Source of the DNA: Geosiphon pyriformis uo1
Taxonomy: Eukaryota > Fungi > Glomeromycota
DNA: 64,000 nt
NCBI GenBank assembly: GCA_016748015.1
Contig: JAAOMT010000096.1
Span: 263,155-327,154 of the forward strand
Direction: 5' to 3'
The notes below the pieces were generated by a model. That model searched no databases and was not told the origin of the DNA. It saw only the letters and a program-made list of their open reading frames with translations. Of the stretch, positions 61,201-64,000 are shown in pieces. A program made the position numbers and the translations under genes. Positions within the stretch are counted from its first letter, which is position 1. Every line of letters begins with the position of its first letter.

Positions 61201-64000
61201 TTATTTTTTATTTTTTATTAAAGAATTTAACAAGCAAAGCCCAATTACTATCTAGTACATAAAGCCAAACTAAAAGGCTCAAACTAAACATGACTTATGT
61301 GCTTACTACATGTGGCTAGCCACTCAGGCCAGTTAAGGCAACACTACACACCTATAATAACCTGTACATTACCTCCCAGACCAGAGAAAAAACTACATGG
61401 CTTCTGATGACCAAAGCTAACAGCAAAAAACTTAGCCATACCAAGCAACCTAACAATACCATCAGAAAACAAAGAAGACACACCAAGAAAAAGCCCAAAA
61501 ACAACACTACCATTCTGAACCAAACCAGTCTTTTTCATTACCACCCAATGGCTAGATCTTACCAACCACACCCTAGCATAATGCAACTCAACAATAAACC
61601 TTATAAAGTCAACAATCTGAGCAACAGCCAATTTTTGGTCATCAACAATACAACAAGCCTCTCTAAGCCATTCATCCAGCACAAACTCTTTGCATACCAA
61701 AGCATACAATCCAACATCAATGGAACATTGAGATAGTACTTATAATACAGCAGACGAAAAACAATCAAAAACACCAGCCACAGCAGACCAACGAGCAAAA
61801 GCCTCAACCAAGATCTCATTGTGAATGTTAGACTCACAAACACAAATAAAAGCATGGTCAGAAAACTCCACATCATCACACAACAAACACAGCACACCAG
61901 GATAACATCTATTATACAGCCTCTTCCTAACTGCCACTGGCAATCTTCTGTGCACAGCTTTCATCATATAAGAGCAGAGTGTTGAAGACTTGCAACTAGT
62001 GAAACCAGCAAGCATATAAGAATCAAGATGCCACACTCTTGCAGTAGCAACCCAGTCCACACAACCAATCATCACATCTGAAACCACATTGCAGCCAGGA
62101 CCAGCTTCCCAACAAGCATGACAAACAAACCGAAAAATATCCTGGACAAAATGACAGACATTACCAGAAACAGCAGTATCTTCAGCAACCAGAAAGTGTT
62201 CACACACATTGACCAACAGCAAAAAGAAAGACTCAAAGGCAGCCCCAGCAGCCAAGTCAGCTCTTACATTACCAAAAATCCCAGAATAGTCTTTTACCTT
62301 AGTCCAACTCATATTAAGATCCTTATTCCTGACCAAATTAAAAATGTGATGCCTCTCAAGCCAGCATTGATTACAGAAATTGGGGGTGGCAAGAAACATC
62401 TCAGATATACATGCATCAATGGCAGCCTGACTGTCAAGATGCAATATCACAGTACTAGAAGAAGTGATACACTCCAAAGACAAAGCAACAGTCTGTAATT
62501 TGGCCATGGTAGAAAACAAAAGACCCCAAACTGCAACACCAATGCTCAAATCTAAGACTAGAAAGTATGCAGCAGCCCCACCCACAACTTCAGTAGAGCC
62601 AGTATTCTTCAAGAACCCATCTGTATAAACCTCAAAAAAGCCCAACCAAACATCATGCAATCTATTTTTTATAGCAGAAAACTCACTAGACCCCAATACA
62701 TTCAATCCACGTAGCTCAATAGAACCAAGAGTGCCAGATAACAAGAACCTCTTATCCAGAAAAAACTCAGATGCAACCACAAACTAATGAGATACAGGAC
62801 CATGCAAATCCAATCTCTTTCAATGGCAAAAAGTCTTCCAATCCAACAAGCCACCTTTTTTATCAAAAAGCTGATCACCAAAGACAACACCAAAATGTTT
62901 GAAAGATTTGACTGAATCAAAATACAGAAACTTTCCAAGAATAAAAAACAAAAAAAAATGGCCAGAACTATGAAAAGCAGTGGGGAGATTGTTCGCCAAA
63001 GACAGCTCATTGTCCAAAAAAATCTTAACCAACCCAGCCAGAAAATTGTTCACTGAACTAACACATAACCTAACAAAAAACTGCAAAGGGTCCAGAGGAG
63101 CCCAACCCAGAACTTGCAAATCCAGAAATCTATGACTAAACAAATACCCAAGAATATCAGGAGTATTAAAGAACATTATCAAAGCAGCCACCTTCCCTTC
63201 AGACTGCACCTGCTCAAAAGGTTTTAGGCCATACAATAAGGGATAATACAAAGCAGCATCAAGAAAGTCATGGGGAAGACAAGTTTTAAACCTAAGGCCC
63301 TTTCTAACCAATACATCTCACTTGTGACAAACACTAGAAGGGACAAAGCTAAACTGAATACAATAGCTGACAATAAGCTGCAAGACAGCCAAAACCAAAT
63401 ACAAAAACTGCTTATCCATAATAGTCTTTTTAAGCACAATGTTAACAAAGAAACGAATATCAGCATGAGCTTTGGCAACACTTGGTTTGGACAACCCCTC
63501 AGTAAACAAAAAAATACCTAGATAGCAATGTGCCTTATCTTTCTTAGCAATTGAAATAGGCTGCTCACAAATACTTAATGAAGCAACTTTAACACCCTGA
63601 TTGATGGAAATAGCCACAGTTTTTTTATTGTTGATAGAAATATCATTGACCTCAAAAAACTCACTGGCAATGTCCAAAGCGTACTGAGTGAAGGCTTGAC
63701 AATTCCCAACCCAGATTGTATCATTAACAAATGTACCAGCTGAAAAATACGAGGTGAGACTTCTACCACTCTCAATCCATCCAGTCTTTAAAACAAATCT
63801 AGTATTAATTTAATATCTACATAATTGTTTGTGCCTCTTGATTTCACTCAAAAAAGGGTCATAAAAGATCCTCTACAGAAGAGGTGAAAAGACCTCACTC
63901 TGATCCAGTCCATTATGTACCCTATAACCACTAGACAAACCAAAGTCAGTCATCATCCTATTAACTCTGTCCTTGTAAATACCACCAAAAAATCTAATGA
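61201..64000 (-). mobile_element. LINE-C: 3' part of a third LINE, running off the window end
   Basis: A-rich tail at 61201-61220 (reverse strand), conserved 3' UTR at 61225-61343, ORF2 C-terminal half. Confidence 0.9.
61344..64000 (-). pseudogene. LINE-C ORF2 partial (RT C-terminus, RNase H, CCHC), disrupted
   Basis: FVNDTIWVG, YLGIFL, VYTDGF..AKLQTV..DSQAAI..KVKDYSGIFGNVRADLAA, CLLCDDVEFSDHAFIC. Confidence 0.88.

Overview
Very AT-rich eukaryotic DNA with short GT-AG introns, most likely an early-diverging fungus; gene and transposon content resembles Glomeromycotina such as Geosiphon (inference, no database search). The window has two compartments. Bases ~1-33,300 form a CpG-retaining gene island with four intact spliced genes: two paralogous F-box genes in convergent orientation, a PILS/auxin-efflux-carrier family transporter and snurportin-1. 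This island also holds old TE relics (Tc1 remnant, solo LTR, 3' LINE fragment, MITE-like foldbacks). Bases ~33,300-64,000 are a nested TE graveyard. It has three readable but nonsense-riddled LINEs (two full-length with RRM/CCHC ORF1, APE-RT-RNase H-CCHC ORF2 and target-site duplications; one cut by the window end) sitting in near-pure A/T DNA. That A/T DNA is itself partly recognisable as an erased LINE and an erased LTR element. The strongest signal is a graded, directional C:G->T:A erosion confined to long repeats, which spares genes and short divergent TE relics; this suggests a RIP-like or methylation-driven genome-defence process. Other signals are an ATGA stop-start overlap between LINE ORF1 and ORF2, a conserved LINE 3'-tail motif, and a possible 5'-UTR splice/uORF switch in one F-box gene.
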